The position numbers and the translations under genes are program-made. Below the pieces are notes generated by a model that searched no databases, was not told the origin of the DNA, and saw only the letters and a program-made list of their open reading frames with translations. Positions 1 through 9,957 of a DNA stretch of 32,000 nt are shown here, piece after piece. Position 1 is the first letter of the stretch. Each line of letters begins with the position of its first letter. The DNA comes from Nitrosococcus oceani ATCC 19707. GTDB taxonomy: Bacteria; Pseudomonadota; Gammaproteobacteria; Nitrosococcales; Nitrosococcaceae. The stretch spans positions 600,001 to 632,000 of the forward strand of contig NC_007484.1 of the NCBI RefSeq assembly GCF_000012805.1, given 5' to 3'.

Positions 1-298
1 GGATGAGATCGTGGAGGGGCTGAATCTGACAGGCAAGTTCCTCTGGCATAGGAGGGCGATGGTCTTTGTACTGCTCAAAGAGTTCATGGCGAAATGTTTT
101 GCCCTTGGCATCAAAAACTACCGCTATGTATTGGGGCTGATACTCATCAAGTAACTTGCGCAGCATATTGATGACCCCATAGATTGCCCCGGTAGGTTGA
201 CCTTTAGAAGTCGTTAAAGAAGGCAGTGCATGGAAAGCACGAAAGAGATAGGAGGAGCCGTCGATTAGAATAAGCACCGGGTTTTCCGCCATGTTCAT
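1..298 (-). CDS. polA: DNA polymerase I, N-terminal 5'-3' exonuclease part (partial, runs off the left edge)
   Basis: Minus-strand translation from the ATG at 298 (or 292) reads [50 protein letters not shown]...[26 protein letters not shown]. This is the typical Pol I 5'-nuclease N-terminus. It is absent from the ORF track because it is truncated by the window edge. Confidence 0.85.
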   Translation of the reverse strand, partial: MNMAENPVLILIDGSSYLFRAFHALPSLTTSKGQPTGAIYGVINMLRKLLDEYQPQYIAVVFDAKGKTFRHELFEQYKDHRPPMPEELACQIQPLHDLI

Positions 299-442
299 AT
301 AGACCTATCAAGATATAACAGTTTGTGGTTAGAACGCAGCCAAAGAGAATTATAAAGCCAGGGCGTAGTATGCTATTAGGCGTAAGGTATCTCACCTAAG
401 CAGGAAATGCGATGGCAAAAATTAGTACCACTAGGATATGTT

Positions 443-1168
443 ATGAGCAAACAAAATAAACGCTCCTTCACCGAACGAAAGGCTATCAATGATTCTTTGC
501 TTATTCGGGAGTCATGGAAAGTTTTCCAAATCATGGCGGAATTTGTGGAGGGATTTGAACGTTTAGCCACTATTCGCCCTTCGGTCAGTATTTTTGGCTC
601 AGCCCGCATGGCGCCTGAACATCCCTACTACCAGCTTACTGAGAAGATTGCCCGGGCTCTGTCCGATGCTGGGTTTAGTGTCGTCAGTGGTGGTGGTCCT
701 GGCCTGATGGAAGCCGCTAATAAGGGGGCTTTTACAGGCATCTCCCCCAGTGTAGGACTCAATATTAGCTTGCCCCGAGAGCCGGGCGCTAATGAATACC
801 AGGATATTGCGGTTAACTTCCGCCATTTCTTCTCCCGTAAAGTGATGTTTGTCAAATATGCCTCTGCTTATGTGGTGTTACCCGGGGGGTTTGGAACGCT
901 GGATGAGTTAGCGGAAATTTTAACGTTAGTGCAAACTGGTAAGTCGCGGCGAATTCCAATTATTCTTGTGCAGTCCTCTTTTTGGGCGGGGTTGATCGAT
1001 TGGTTTAAGGAATACTTGGTAGAGGAAGGAATGATAGATCGCCATGATCTAGATTTGTTTAAAATCCTGGACAAGCCTCAGGAGGTCGTGGATGCTATTT
1101 TTAGTTTTTACGAAAGCCGTAGCTTTGAACCTTCGGCGGAAGAGCGGGAGCGACTGCTCAACCTGTAA
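443..1168 (+). CDS. LOG-family (TIGR00730) Rossmann-fold nucleotide-binding protein
   Basis: ORF 407..1168 carries the GGGPGLMEA and PGGFGTLDE motifs characteristic of LOG / lysine-decarboxylase-like proteins. The ATG at 443 (MSKQNK) is the preferred start; 407 is possible. Confidence 0.8.
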   Translation: MSKQNKRSFTERKAINDSLLIRESWKVFQIMAEFVEGFERLATIRPSVSIFGSARMAPEHPYYQLTEKIARALSDAGFSVVSGGGPGLMEAANKGAFTGISPSVGLNISLPREPGANEYQDIAVNFRHFFSRKVMFVKYASAYVVLPGGFGTLDELAEILTLVQTGKSRRIPIILVQSSFWAGLIDWFKEYLVEEGMIDRHDLDLFKILDKPQEVVDAIFSFYESRSFEPSAEERERLLNL

Positions 1169-1191
1169 GCAACTTTTCCGGGGAACAGCCC

Positions 1192-1545
1192 ATGTCTGTA
1201 CTTTATCTTAGGGTGCTAATATATCTAAACTTTTTATGGCTCTTGCTGACGTCTGCGCCGACTCTTTCGGAAGAGCCGGAGGATCTTATTCCTCTTCCCG
1301 ATCTTCCTTCCTTGCCCGGGCAGCCTGACACCATGGAGCCTGAAATCAAGATTATTCAGCAAGGAGATAAATTAATCGAAGAGTATCGCCTCAATGGAAA
1401 GCTTTATCAAATTAAGGTAACGCCTAGTATTGGTCCGCCCTATTTTCTTGTGGATGCAGATGGTAATGGCGACTTTGAGAGTCGTTTTGAAGGGCCGGTT
1501 AACTCAGATATGCTGATTCCTAGCTGGGTTATTTTTCGCTGGTAA
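1192..1545 (+). CDS. DUF2782-like secreted protein
   Basis: 117 aa with an N-terminal hydrophobic signal-like segment, then EPEIKIIQQGDKLIEEYRLNGKLYQIKVTPSIGPPYFLVDADGNG. This resembles the DUF2782 proteins often found next to polA. Confidence 0.6.
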   Translation: MSVLYLRVLIYLNFLWLLLTSAPTLSEEPEDLIPLPDLPSLPGQPDTMEPEIKIIQQGDKLIEEYRLNGKLYQIKVTPSIGPPYFLVDADGNGDFESRFEGPVNSDMLIPSWVIFRW

Positions 1546-1565
1546 CACGTGCTTGTAGTGGATAG

Positions 1566-3455
1566 CTAGTCTTCCAGGTAAGTGTATCCTTTCAATCCTG
1601 CTTCTAGCTCCTGAAGATAGAGGCGGCGTTGATGGTCATCAAGGGCTGCCTGACTGAGTTTGGCCTGTAAATGCTCCTTTATTTCGGCGGCATCAAAGCG
1701 CACTTGCTGCAGGACCGATTCCACTGTATCTCCTTTGTGGGCATGGCGCAGCCGAAACCCTTGTTGTCTATCGACTTCCACATGAACGGAATCGGTGGCG
1801 CCGAATAGGTTATGAATATCACCGAGGATTTCCTGATAGGCGCCCACCAGAAAAAAACCTAATAAATAGGATTCACCGGGAATGAGAGGGTGCAAAGGCA
1901 GGCTGGTTTCAATGCCTTCCCCATCGACGTAAAGATCGATGCGTCCATCGGAGTCGCAGGTCAGGTCCTCTATCCACACCCGTTCGGTTGGTGGCTGTTC
2001 CAGGCGGTGCAAGGGCATGATGGGAAAGATCTGATTAATAGCCCAGGCATCAGGCAAGGAGCGAAATAAGGAAAAGTTGCAGAAAGCCTTTGCCGTTAGC
2101 TTCCCCTCTAGTTCGTCCAAAATTTCTCGGTGGGCGCGGACCTGGGGGTTGAGAAACGAGCGAATCCGGCGGCAAAGGGAAAAATAAAGCTGCTCCGCTT
2201 GGGCCCGTTGTTGCAAACTCAGAATCCCGTAGTTGAACATATCCAGGGCATCAGCGATGCCCTGACTGGCATCATGATAGGCTTCGATAGCCGAACGCCG
2301 AGTAAGCTTTTGATAGCTCTGCCATAACCCCTGGGTGATAGGCGGATCGTCGGCGGCGGGGGCGGGGGGTTCTTCCTTGCCAGGAGCCGGTTGGATGTCA
2401 ATGATATTGCTGATAAGAATGGCATGGTGAGCCACCATAGCCCGTCCTGCCTCGGTAATAATCTCGGGGTGGGGTAGCTGGTGGGCTTCGCAAATCTCCC
2501 ACAATCCGTGAACTATTTTATGGGCATATTCCGGGAGGGTATAGTTGGTGGAGCAAAGACCACGGGTGTGGGTGCCATCATAGTCTACGCCAAGCCCCCC
2601 GCCCACATCGACACTGCGCAGAGGAACACCCAGTTCCCGCAGGGTGGCGTAATAGCGCCCAGCTTCCCGGATGCCCCGCTGGATGTCGGCGATATTGGGA
2701 AGTTGGGAGCCCATGTGAAAATGCAGCAGGGTAAGGCAGTGGAGCATGCCGATTTGGCGAAGCCGCTGGATCATCATGAGGACTTGTTCGGCAGACAGGC
2801 CAAATTTACCCTTCTCACCCCCCGTATTCTGCCATTTGCCTTTTCCAATAGAAGCAAGACGGACTCGTACCCCTAGCAGCGGCTCTACCTTTAGAGCTTG
2901 GGCTTGGTGGATAATATGTTCCAGCTCAGAGGGTTTTTCCACCACCAGATAAATCCGTAATCCTAATTGCCGCCCCATCAAAGCCAGACGGATATATTCA
3001 CGGTCTTTGTAGCCATTACAAATCACCAGGGCTCCAGGCCGGGATAAGGCCATGACCGCCAATAATTCGGGCTTACTTCCCGCTTCTAACCCCAAGTGTT
3101 CAGAATCCGCGGCCAGAATTTCCTGAATGACCTGCCGCTGCTGGTTCACCTTGATGGGATAGACTGCACTAAAGAACCCTTGATAATGGGTAGCGGTCAT
3201 GGCCTTGGTAAAAGCAGTTCGCAGGCTTTTAGCGCGATGGTGAAGAATTCCGGAAAAACGTACTAGTACGGGTAAAGAAAGTCCTGCTTCCAGGAGCGCC
3301 TGGCTTACCTGGTAGAGATCAATGGGTGTTTGGCTGGTTGGGCCTTCAGGGCGAACGATGAGATGGCCTTGGGCGTTGATATCGAAATAACCTTCGCTCC
3401 ATTGGGTGATATTGTAGAGTTCTTGCGAACGTTGGATATTCCAGTTTGCTGGCAT
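1566..3455 (-). CDS. speA: Biosynthetic arginine decarboxylase
   Basis: 629-aa ORF with full-length resemblance to SpeA: the N-terminal YNI.QWSEGYF motif, a PLP-dependent fold III decarboxylase layout, and the GAYQEILGD.HNLFG motif near the C-terminus. Confidence 0.9.
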   Translation of the reverse strand: MPANWNIQRSQELYNITQWSEGYFDINAQGHLIVRPEGPTSQTPIDLYQVSQALLEAGLSLPVLVRFSGILHHRAKSLRTAFTKAMTATHYQGFFSAVYPIKVNQQRQVIQEILAADSEHLGLEAGSKPELLAVMALSRPGALVICNGYKDREYIRLALMGRQLGLRIYLVVEKPSELEHIIHQAQALKVEPLLGVRVRLASIGKGKWQNTGGEKGKFGLSAEQVLMMIQRLRQIGMLHCLTLLHFHMGSQLPNIADIQRGIREAGRYYATLRELGVPLRSVDVGGGLGVDYDGTHTRGLCSTNYTLPEYAHKIVHGLWEICEAHQLPHPEIITEAGRAMVAHHAILISNIIDIQPAPGKEEPPAPAADDPPITQGLWQSYQKLTRRSAIEAYHDASQGIADALDMFNYGILSLQQRAQAEQLYFSLCRRIRSFLNPQVRAHREILDELEGKLTAKAFCNFSLFRSLPDAWAINQIFPIMPLHRLEQPPTERVWIEDLTCDSDGRIDLYVDGEGIETSLPLHPLIPGESYLLGFFLVGAYQEILGDIHNLFGATDSVHVEVDRQQGFRLRHAHKGDTVESVLQQVRFDAAEIKEHLQAKLSQAALDDHQRRLYLQELEAGLKGYTYLED

Positions 3456-3666
3456 CGGAGTCTTCTTTAATTTTAAAGGATTAGGAAATGATTGCTTGTT
3501 TCTCTGCCAGGCGCCTACCTTTTACGGTGCTCCAATCCACGCTCAGCCCGTTTATTTTCTGGTGAAGGGGTACTTGTCAGGGTAACATGAGGCGGCTATT
3601 ATCCCTTGATTTTATCTTTTATCAAGCGGTTAAAAGTATGTTGAGCGCGTCGGTTGGAGAGGTAGC

Positions 3667-4521
3667 ATGCAGCTAGATCCGAAGGGATGGTTCACTGAGG
3701 TTTGCAAGGAGGGCGGCCTCGCTTTTTCTCTTGCCATCAGGGAAAAACTTCATGCGGAGACCACTCCCTATCAGTATATCGAAATTTATCAGACCGAGAC
3801 TTTTGGCCGGTTGATGGTCATCGACGGCTTTATTATGCTATCTGGAAGGGATAATTTTTTCTATCATGAAATGATGGCTCACCCGGTGTTGTTTACCCAC
3901 CCTCATCCACAACGGGTACTCATCATCGGGGGGGGAGATTGCGGGACCTTGCGGGAAGTGCTTAAGCATGACGTAGTTGAGAAAGTCCAGCAGGTGGAGA
4001 TAGATGAACGGGTTACCCGGTTGGCGGAAAAATATTTTCCAGAACTGTGCCAAAGTAACGATGATCCCCGGGCCCATTTCCACTTCGGTGATGGACTGCG
4101 CTTTGTGGCCGAAGCGCCCGCCAACAGCGTCGACGTTATTATCATTGATAGTACCGATCCGATCGGTTCTGCGGAGGGGCTTTTTCAGGCTTCATTTTAT
4201 GCTGATTGTCAACGGTTATTGGGGGAGAAGGGCATTCTGGTGCATCAAAGTGAATCTCCCCTAATCCATTTGGACCTCCTCAACAAGATGCGGGCGGAAA
4301 TGAAGAAGGGGGGCTTTCCCCAGGTACGGACCTTGACTTACCCCCAGTGCGTTTATCCTTCTGGCTGGTGGAGCGCAACTTTGGCGGGGCATACTTTGTC
4401 CTGCTTCCGGGAGCGGGACGCCACGGCCAAAATCTTTCCAACCCGTTATTATAATGTGGATATCCACCGGGCTTCCCTGGCTGTTCCAGAATTTCTGCGC
4501 CAGACAGAAGAGTCATCATAG
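3667..4521 (+). CDS. speE: Spermidine synthase (polyamine aminopropyltransferase)
   Basis: 284 aa with YQ.IEIYQTETFGRLMVIDG, the GGGDGG-like IIGGGDCGTLREV, and the DSTDPIG motif. It is divergent from speA. Confidence 0.9.
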   Translation: MQLDPKGWFTEVCKEGGLAFSLAIREKLHAETTPYQYIEIYQTETFGRLMVIDGFIMLSGRDNFFYHEMMAHPVLFTHPHPQRVLIIGGGDCGTLREVLKHDVVEKVQQVEIDERVTRLAEKYFPELCQSNDDPRAHFHFGDGLRFVAEAPANSVDVIIIDSTDPIGSAEGLFQASFYADCQRLLGEKGILVHQSESPLIHLDLLNKMRAEMKKGGFPQVRTLTYPQCVYPSGWWSATLAGHTLSCFRERDATAKIFPTRYYNVDIHRASLAVPEFLRQTEESS

Positions 4522-4598
4522 GTGATTGGGATAAGCTCTCAACTATCCCCTTGGAGAAACGGCTCTAGGAAAGCCAATAGGATGCCCCTAGCACAGGG

Positions 4599-5543
4599 TT
4601 GCGATTGGTAAGTATGCAGAGTTCGGCGGAGCCTTTTATTACCTGGTATCTGACCGACGGTAAACCCGGACATGAAAATCAAAGTTCAGGGCTGTTGAAC
4701 GCCCTGGCTCGCTATGTACCCCTGCAGGCCCATGGAATACCGGTATCGTCTGGGCCAGGAACCATTGGGTGGTGGGCCTTGAAGATTTTCCCGCCCGCCA
4801 AGGATCTCCCAAATCCACATCTCATCATCGGCGCGGGCCATGGGACCCATATACCGCTGCTTGCGGCGCGCCGTGCTCGTGGTGGGCGGACAGTGGTGTT
4901 AATGCGCCCCAGCTTGCCTTTTTCCTGGTATGACCTATGTTTAATTCCCGAGCATGACGGGATAGAAGCCGAAGCCAATGTGGTGCTTACCCGGGGAGTG
5001 CTTAATAAGATAGCTTCAGAAGGTATTCATGAGCCGAGTCGAGGATTAATTCTCCTAGGGGGACCTTCGCGCCATTATAATTGGGACCCTCAAAGCATTT
5101 TATGGCAGGTGCAAAGTCTGCTGAAACAAGAGAAGAAGACGTATCAGTGGGTGTTGAGCACCTCGCGGCGGACGCCGCCATCCATGCTCACGGCGCTCCG
5201 AAATTTGCAGTTTCCGAATTTGCAAGTGTTTGCCGGGGAAACGACTCCGCCTGGCTGGGTAACGGAACAATTGTCCCTTGCGGGGCGGGTATGGGTGTCG
5301 GAGGACAGTGTTTCCATGGTGTATGAGGCGCTTACCTGTGGAGCGGCGGTAGGTGTTCTTAACGTGCCTTGCAAAGCTTGGGGACGGGTAGTACGGGGCT
5401 TGGATAGCCTCGCCGAGAAGGGAATCGTGACGACTTTTACCGCTTGGCGCCAAGGCCAAAAGTTAGCGCCGCCCCGGCAGCAATTTAATGAAGCTGATCG
5501 CTGTGCCCAGATTCTTGTGGAACGATGGTTCAGCGGCCCCTAA
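4599..5543 (+). CDS. ELM1/DUF1022-family putative glycosyltransferase-like protein
   Basis: The N-terminal WYLTDGKPGHENQSSGLLNAL signature (TDGK.GHENQ) is typical of ELM1-family proteins found in LPS-core clusters. The start may be the ATG at 4614. Confidence 0.6.
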   Translation: MRLVSMQSSAEPFITWYLTDGKPGHENQSSGLLNALARYVPLQAHGIPVSSGPGTIGWWALKIFPPAKDLPNPHLIIGAGHGTHIPLLAARRARGGRTVVLMRPSLPFSWYDLCLIPEHDGIEAEANVVLTRGVLNKIASEGIHEPSRGLILLGGPSRHYNWDPQSILWQVQSLLKQEKKTYQWVLSTSRRTPPSMLTALRNLQFPNLQVFAGETTPPGWVTEQLSLAGRVWVSEDSVSMVYEALTCGAAVGVLNVPCKAWGRVVRGLDSLAEKGIVTTFTAWRQGQKLAPPRQQFNEADRCAQILVERWFSGP

Positions 5544-6649
5544 CCGTATTACAGGTTTTGCCTGCTTTAGAGTCAGGGGGCGTGGAACAGGGCGTTTTGG
5601 AGATCGGCGCGGAGCTGGTTCAGCGAGGGCATCGTTCCATCATCATCTCAGCGGGCGGCTATCTGGCCGAAACACTCAAAGGAGGGGGGAGCGAGCATTA
5701 CACTTGGCCTATCGGTGCTAAATCTCCTTGGACTTTAGGCTTAGTCCTCCGGTTGCGGCGTTTTCTCTCCGAGCAGCAAGTAGATATCCTCCACGCTCAC
5801 TCCCGGGTGCCTGCTTGGGTGGCTTGGCTAGCCTGGTGGAGTATGCCTGAGTCAATCCGGCCGCGCTTTGTGACTACTGTGCATGGCCTCTATTCGGTGA
5901 ATCGGTACAGCCGTATCATGACTTGGGGAGAAAAAGTCATTACCGTATCCGAGCGCGCGCGCCAGTATGTGCTGGAAAATTATCCTGAAGTCAGGCTGGA
6001 GCAGTTAATAGTGATCCCTTGGGGGGTTGATCCCGAACTTTATCCCTATGGGTATCAACCAAGCAGGGAATGGCTTGCCCGCTGGGAGAGAGATTATCCT
6101 CAGCTCCAGGGGAAAAAGATTCTCACCTTGCCGGGCCGTTTGACCCGCCTTAAGGGGCACCAGGATTTTATCGAACTTATTGGACGGTTACGGGAGAGGG
6201 GATGTCCTGTCCATGGTTTAATCGTCGGGGGCGAGGACCCGCGGCGGCAGCGCTATGCAGATGAAATAAGGCGGCAAATTAGCCACGAAGGGCTCCAAGG
6301 AGCGGTGACTTTCACCGGCCACCGCAGCGATTTACGGGAAATTTATGCCATCTCGGATCTGGTGCTCTCGCTTTCCAAAAAACCCGAATCCTTTGGCCGC
6401 ACCGTGCTTGAAGCCCTGAGTCTGGGAGTACCTGTCATTGGCTACGATCATGGGGGTGTGGGAGAGGTACTAGGGCAGTTATTTCCGGAGGGGCGTGTTC
6501 CCGTAGCTAATCTAAGCATCTTATCCGAGCAGGTTATCCAGTTTATAAAAGCGCCGCCAAAGGTGCCAAAGCAGCGGTGCTACACTTTGCAGCGTATGTT
6601 AGCGCAAACCCTACAATGTTATCGTACGCTATGCGGGTTTACCCTTTAG
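5525..6649 (+). CDS. Glycosyltransferase family 4 (group 1)
   Basis: 374 aa with the C-terminal E-x7-E region ESFGRTVLEALSLGVPVIGYDHGG. It overlaps the upstream gene by 19 nt. Confidence 0.8.
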   Translation: MVQRPLTVLQVLPALESGGVEQGVLEIGAELVQRGHRSIIISAGGYLAETLKGGGSEHYTWPIGAKSPWTLGLVLRLRRFLSEQQVDILHAHSRVPAWVAWLAWWSMPESIRPRFVTTVHGLYSVNRYSRIMTWGEKVITVSERARQYVLENYPEVRLEQLIVIPWGVDPELYPYGYQPSREWLARWERDYPQLQGKKILTLPGRLTRLKGHQDFIELIGRLRERGCPVHGLIVGGEDPRRQRYADEIRRQISHEGLQGAVTFTGHRSDLREIYAISDLVLSLSKKPESFGRTVLEALSLGVPVIGYDHGGVGEVLGQLFPEGRVPVANLSILSEQVIQFIKAPPKVPKQRCYTLQRMLAQTLQCYRTLCGFTL

Positions 6650-6710
6650 GCTTTTGCGCTTGGGCTAAGGACTGCCCTAGGGGATGGCAACAGCTTCTTG
6701 ATGTCACAGG

Positions 6711-7727
6711 ATGGTAATGCCCATGCGATCCCCACCCCGTAAAGGTATTTTGGTCATCCAACCGCTGCCTGGGATTGGCGATATGATTTGGCATCTGCCC
6801 GCCCTTCATGCTATTGCCGCGGCTTCACTGGAGGGCTGCGTGACGGTGTTAACCAAGCCTCGCAGTCAGGCGGATCGCTTACTTAAGGCAGACCCCTCTA
6901 TTCAGCAGGTGCTCTGGCTGGAGCGTAATCCCGGCCAGCATGATGGCTTGCTGGGTCTGGGGCGTTTGGTAAAGCTTTTGCGACGACAGCATCTCCGTCA
7001 AGTATGGGTATTACATGGAAGCTCGCGTTATGCTCTTAGCTGTTGGCTGGCTGGAATCCCTGAACGGATTGGCTATGGACGCGGGCTGCAAAGATATTTT
7101 CTCAATCATTCAGCCAGGTTGCCGCTGGCCCAAACCCGCGGCCATCCTATAGAGTTAGCGGCTCGCTTGCTGAAACTCACTCATATCCCCTCCATAGAGG
7201 AAGAGCCCCGCTTGGTGATTGATTCCTTGGCGCAACGGATAGTGGCTAGCCGCTACCAAACGCTTCCACAGCCGTGGATTGCGCTGGGTATTGGCAGCAG
7301 CGAGCCCTATAAACAATGGGGCGAAGCGAATTTTATTCAGTTGGCTCGGCATCTTGGCGAAGGCGGAGGTTCTATTTTGGTAATAGGTGGCGCAGGGGAG
7401 CAAGGGATGGGACAGTGCATTAGCGCTCAGGTGAGCCAATGGGGAATCCCTGCGGGAGAGGCGCTTACCCTACCCTTGGAGGAGACAGCCGCCTTACTGG
7501 CAAAGTGTACCCTGTATGTAGGTAATGATACCGGGGTATTGAATATGGCGGCAGCTGTGGGGACGCCCGCCTGGGGGTTGTTCGGGGCTTCGCCTCCCTT
7601 GCATCATTCCCGCTATATCCATTGCCTTGTCCCTCCACCAGGAGGTACCGGCATGGAAGCTATTACCCCCGCCTATGTGGCGGCTGAATTGCGTAACAGC
7701 GGAGTAGTGCATGGTGGTTTTGCATAG
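6711..7727 (+). CDS. Glycosyltransferase family 9 (LPS heptosyltransferase-like)
   Basis: 338 aa with an N-terminal ILVIQPLPGIGDMIWHLPAL motif and a C-terminal YVGNDTGVLNMAAAVGTP motif, both typical of GT9. Confidence 0.8.
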   Translation: MVMPMRSPPRKGILVIQPLPGIGDMIWHLPALHAIAAASLEGCVTVLTKPRSQADRLLKADPSIQQVLWLERNPGQHDGLLGLGRLVKLLRRQHLRQVWVLHGSSRYALSCWLAGIPERIGYGRGLQRYFLNHSARLPLAQTRGHPIELAARLLKLTHIPSIEEEPRLVIDSLAQRIVASRYQTLPQPWIALGIGSSEPYKQWGEANFIQLARHLGEGGGSILVIGGAGEQGMGQCISAQVSQWGIPAGEALTLPLEETAALLAKCTLYVGNDTGVLNMAAAVGTPAWGLFGASPPLHHSRYIHCLVPPPGGTGMEAITPAYVAAELRNSGVVHGGFA

Positions 7728-8919
7728 ACGGTTACAGCACGCTTTTTTTTCTTGGGGGTGGTTATTGCCTACCGTGTTGCCTATTGCTCAGGTATTAGGA
7801 AGGGCAGTATTTAGCATTTTGATCGTACTTTATGTTTTATGGGGAACGCTTAGTTTATATGGCCAGCAAAAAAGTATAGAACGCCCCGTATTAGGATTAT
7901 TTATCGGCCTGCTGTTGGCTTTTCTCATGAGCGTTCCGGGAGCTGAGGATCTGGGAAGGGCATGGCACAAATGGCTTAAATATCTAGTCTACTCCATGAG
8001 TTTCGTCTTCACCCTGGTGGCTTTGCAGCAAGGGCAAGAGAACTTTGAGCATCTTTGTCGAGCTTTTGCCCTGGCGGGGGTAGGGTTATTGGTGGTGCTT
8101 TACTTGCATTTAGCCTATGTGTTGTGGAGCAGTGCAGAATTCGATCCTGCCCAGCAACTTAAGGAAGATAATCTTCCATTTTTGCTGCCCTTTCTCCTCC
8201 ATGGGCTGTTGCAGGCAGAGTTTAGAAAATACCGCATTTTGCTGGGCGTTGCTTTATTGTCGAGCGTATTATTTTATACCGTGCTGTCCGAAGGCAGGGC
8301 AGCGTTATTAGCACTAACGGTTGCGTTGGTATGCTATGGAGCGCTAGTAATGGGATGGCGCCTGAGGAGTTTGTTATTGCCAGCAATGTTAGCGACCGTT
8401 GCACTTATAGGCATGATGACCGTGATCCATGTGGAGTCTCCAGAGAAGGATAAAGAAACATGGACTGAGATTGTGGACCGGATCAGCAGTGGGCGGACGG
8501 TGCTTTGGCGTCAGGCGTTTGTTTACCCGCCTGAATCAGTGATAACCGGGGCAGGAATGGGCAATGCCCGTTATGCTGAGGAGGCATTGACTATAGGCGA
8601 GCAGGGACAAGTCCGCCATTTTCATAATTTGTTTATCGATGCTTGGTATGAAACGGGTCTACTTGGCCTGGCTGCAATGACGGGATGGCTGTTATTTATG
8701 CTATTCAGAGCGTGGCGGGATTGGCGAAAATCAGCCGCTGAGAACCGGCAGCAGATCGGGTTGCTGCTCTCTGCTAGCGCGGCTATTCTTACCGCTGCCC
8801 AGCTGGGGCCATCCTATGCTTCCAGTTTGGTCAGCGTGTACCTGATGGTAATTTTTGCCGCGTTAACGGACTGCCATGGAAAAATACAAAAGACATTGTT
8901 TACGCTGGGGAAGCAATAA
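7711..8919 (+). CDS. O-antigen ligase family (Wzy_C) membrane protein
   Basis: 402 aa, multi-pass hydrophobic, with GRTVLWRQAF...GAGMGN...HFHNLFIDAWYETGLLG, which resembles the Wzy_C / WaaL loop. Confidence 0.7.
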   Translation: MVVLHRRLQHAFFSWGWLLPTVLPIAQVLGRAVFSILIVLYVLWGTLSLYGQQKSIERPVLGLFIGLLLAFLMSVPGAEDLGRAWHKWLKYLVYSMSFVFTLVALQQGQENFEHLCRAFALAGVGLLVVLYLHLAYVLWSSAEFDPAQQLKEDNLPFLLPFLLHGLLQAEFRKYRILLGVALLSSVLFYTVLSEGRAALLALTVALVCYGALVMGWRLRSLLLPAMLATVALIGMMTVIHVESPEKDKETWTEIVDRISSGRTVLWRQAFVYPPESVITGAGMGNARYAEEALTIGEQGQVRHFHNLFIDAWYETGLLGLAAMTGWLLFMLFRAWRDWRKSAAENRQQIGLLLSASAAILTAAQLGPSYASSLVSVYLMVIFAALTDCHGKIQKTLFTLGKQ

Positions 8920-9340
8920 CCGCTAGCATTTTCCGATTATAAAAAAGCTTTTCACGAATTCCCAGCCCTTTCTCTATAACGACCTGCGCTTTGTATTAAT
9001 GCGCAAGCCGTCGCCATCAAGTTTTGGTGACAGGGGCAACGATTTTTTATTTTTGCAAGCATGCCTCAATAAATTGAGCTACCGTTTTAATTGCTGCTTT
9101 TAGAAACCGTAACTGCCCTCCCACCTACCCAGCCTCCGCGTTGAATGTGCGCTACTGCCATTGCCCTAGGTTGAGAAATTCGCGAGCCGTATCGTTCTCA
9201 ATTTTCTCTTATAGACTTCCTGCTTCAGATGATTAAAGTTTGCTGGTAAAAAGACGAAATTAATGAAAACTAGCCTATCATTTTTGATATTTCGGTAGGT
9301 AATGTTTTAACGAATATGCAGGCAAACTCGCCTGAATTTT

Positions 9341-9491
9341 AAGTTGATATCAAGTTATCAAAGCAAATTCACCTAAAAATAAAGTTATCATGGCAAAGAT
9401 GCCTAATTTACTAGCTAATATCAACTTATCAGGGCGTATATGCTTGAGAATAAGTTGTTCGCGCCACTGCGCGGCGCGAATCGGGGAGTTG
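9341..9491 (+). promoter_or_regulatory. Array-proximal repeat cluster plus an orphan 5' half of a long attC-like site
   Basis: Repeat copies: AAGTTGATA 9341-9349, AAGTTATCA 9352-9360 and 9382-9390, CAACTTATCA 9422-9431, and inverted ATAAGTTG 9450-9457. An 8-bp hairpin pairs TTCGCGCC (9458-9465) with GGCGCGAA (9473-9480). The 21 nt GCGGCGCGAATCGGGGAGTTG at 9471-9491 are identical to 18640-18660. Confidence 0.5.
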
Positions 9492-9500
9492 GAGAATTAA

Positions 9501-9947
9501 ATGAAAGCTGATTTAGAGGGTTTGCTCTCGGCGATAAGGAATTACAGTCAAAATTATCGAAATTCTACGATGTATCCGCTTGAAGTAGCAGAGCCGTACG
9601 ACATGTCGCCTGAGCGCGACCGAACACCTGTGAAATGTAATGCCCAATGGCCGGAAATTTGGCCCCATGCTGCTCGTGCTGGAATATATGCTTTTCTGAA
9701 TGAAGACTCGGAAGTGATTTATGTCGGCAAGGCTTCACTCAGGAATTCTTTGGGCGCGCGCATCTCATCATATTGTGGTTACGGCGCTGATAGAGAGTGC
9801 CGCTTCTACGGCGAATGGAGAAGTCCTCCCCGCTACGTTTTAGTTGTTGCAGTTCCCGATGAAACTCGCTTTGAAGCGCCCGCTCTTGAGGAGTATCTAA
9901 TCCGTGAGTTACAGCCAAGCGACAATTCGGCTGGAATCGAGCGTTAA
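9501..9947 (+). CDS. GIY-YIG nuclease-domain protein (cassette 1)
   Basis: GIYAFLNEDSEVIYVGKA gives the GIY-x10-YVG motif. A downstream Arg (LGARISSY) and the EEYLIRELQPSDN Glu/Asn region follow. A GGAG SD lies 8 nt upstream of the ATG. Confidence 0.75.
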   Translation: MKADLEGLLSAIRNYSQNYRNSTMYPLEVAEPYDMSPERDRTPVKCNAQWPEIWPHAARAGIYAFLNEDSEVIYVGKASLRNSLGARISSYCGYGADRECRFYGEWRSPPRYVLVVAVPDETRFEAPALEEYLIRELQPSDNSAGIER

Positions 9948-9957
9948 ATGTGCAACC

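Noticed and set aside
2130-2952. Several 65-131-aa ORFs antisense to or overlapping speA. Similar nested ORFs occur inside speE, the GT genes, the pst genes and arsM.
   Set aside because: They lie entirely within well-supported longer genes on the other strand or frame and have no recognisable domains. They are typical shadow ORFs.
8920-9500. I searched the left flank for an integron integrase (intI) or its remnant. I also checked 20940-21316 on the right flank.
   Set aside because: There is no ORF of useful length, and I could not recognise tyrosine-recombinase motifs (R..HxxR..Y) in any frame by eye. A BLASTX would be needed to exclude short remnants.
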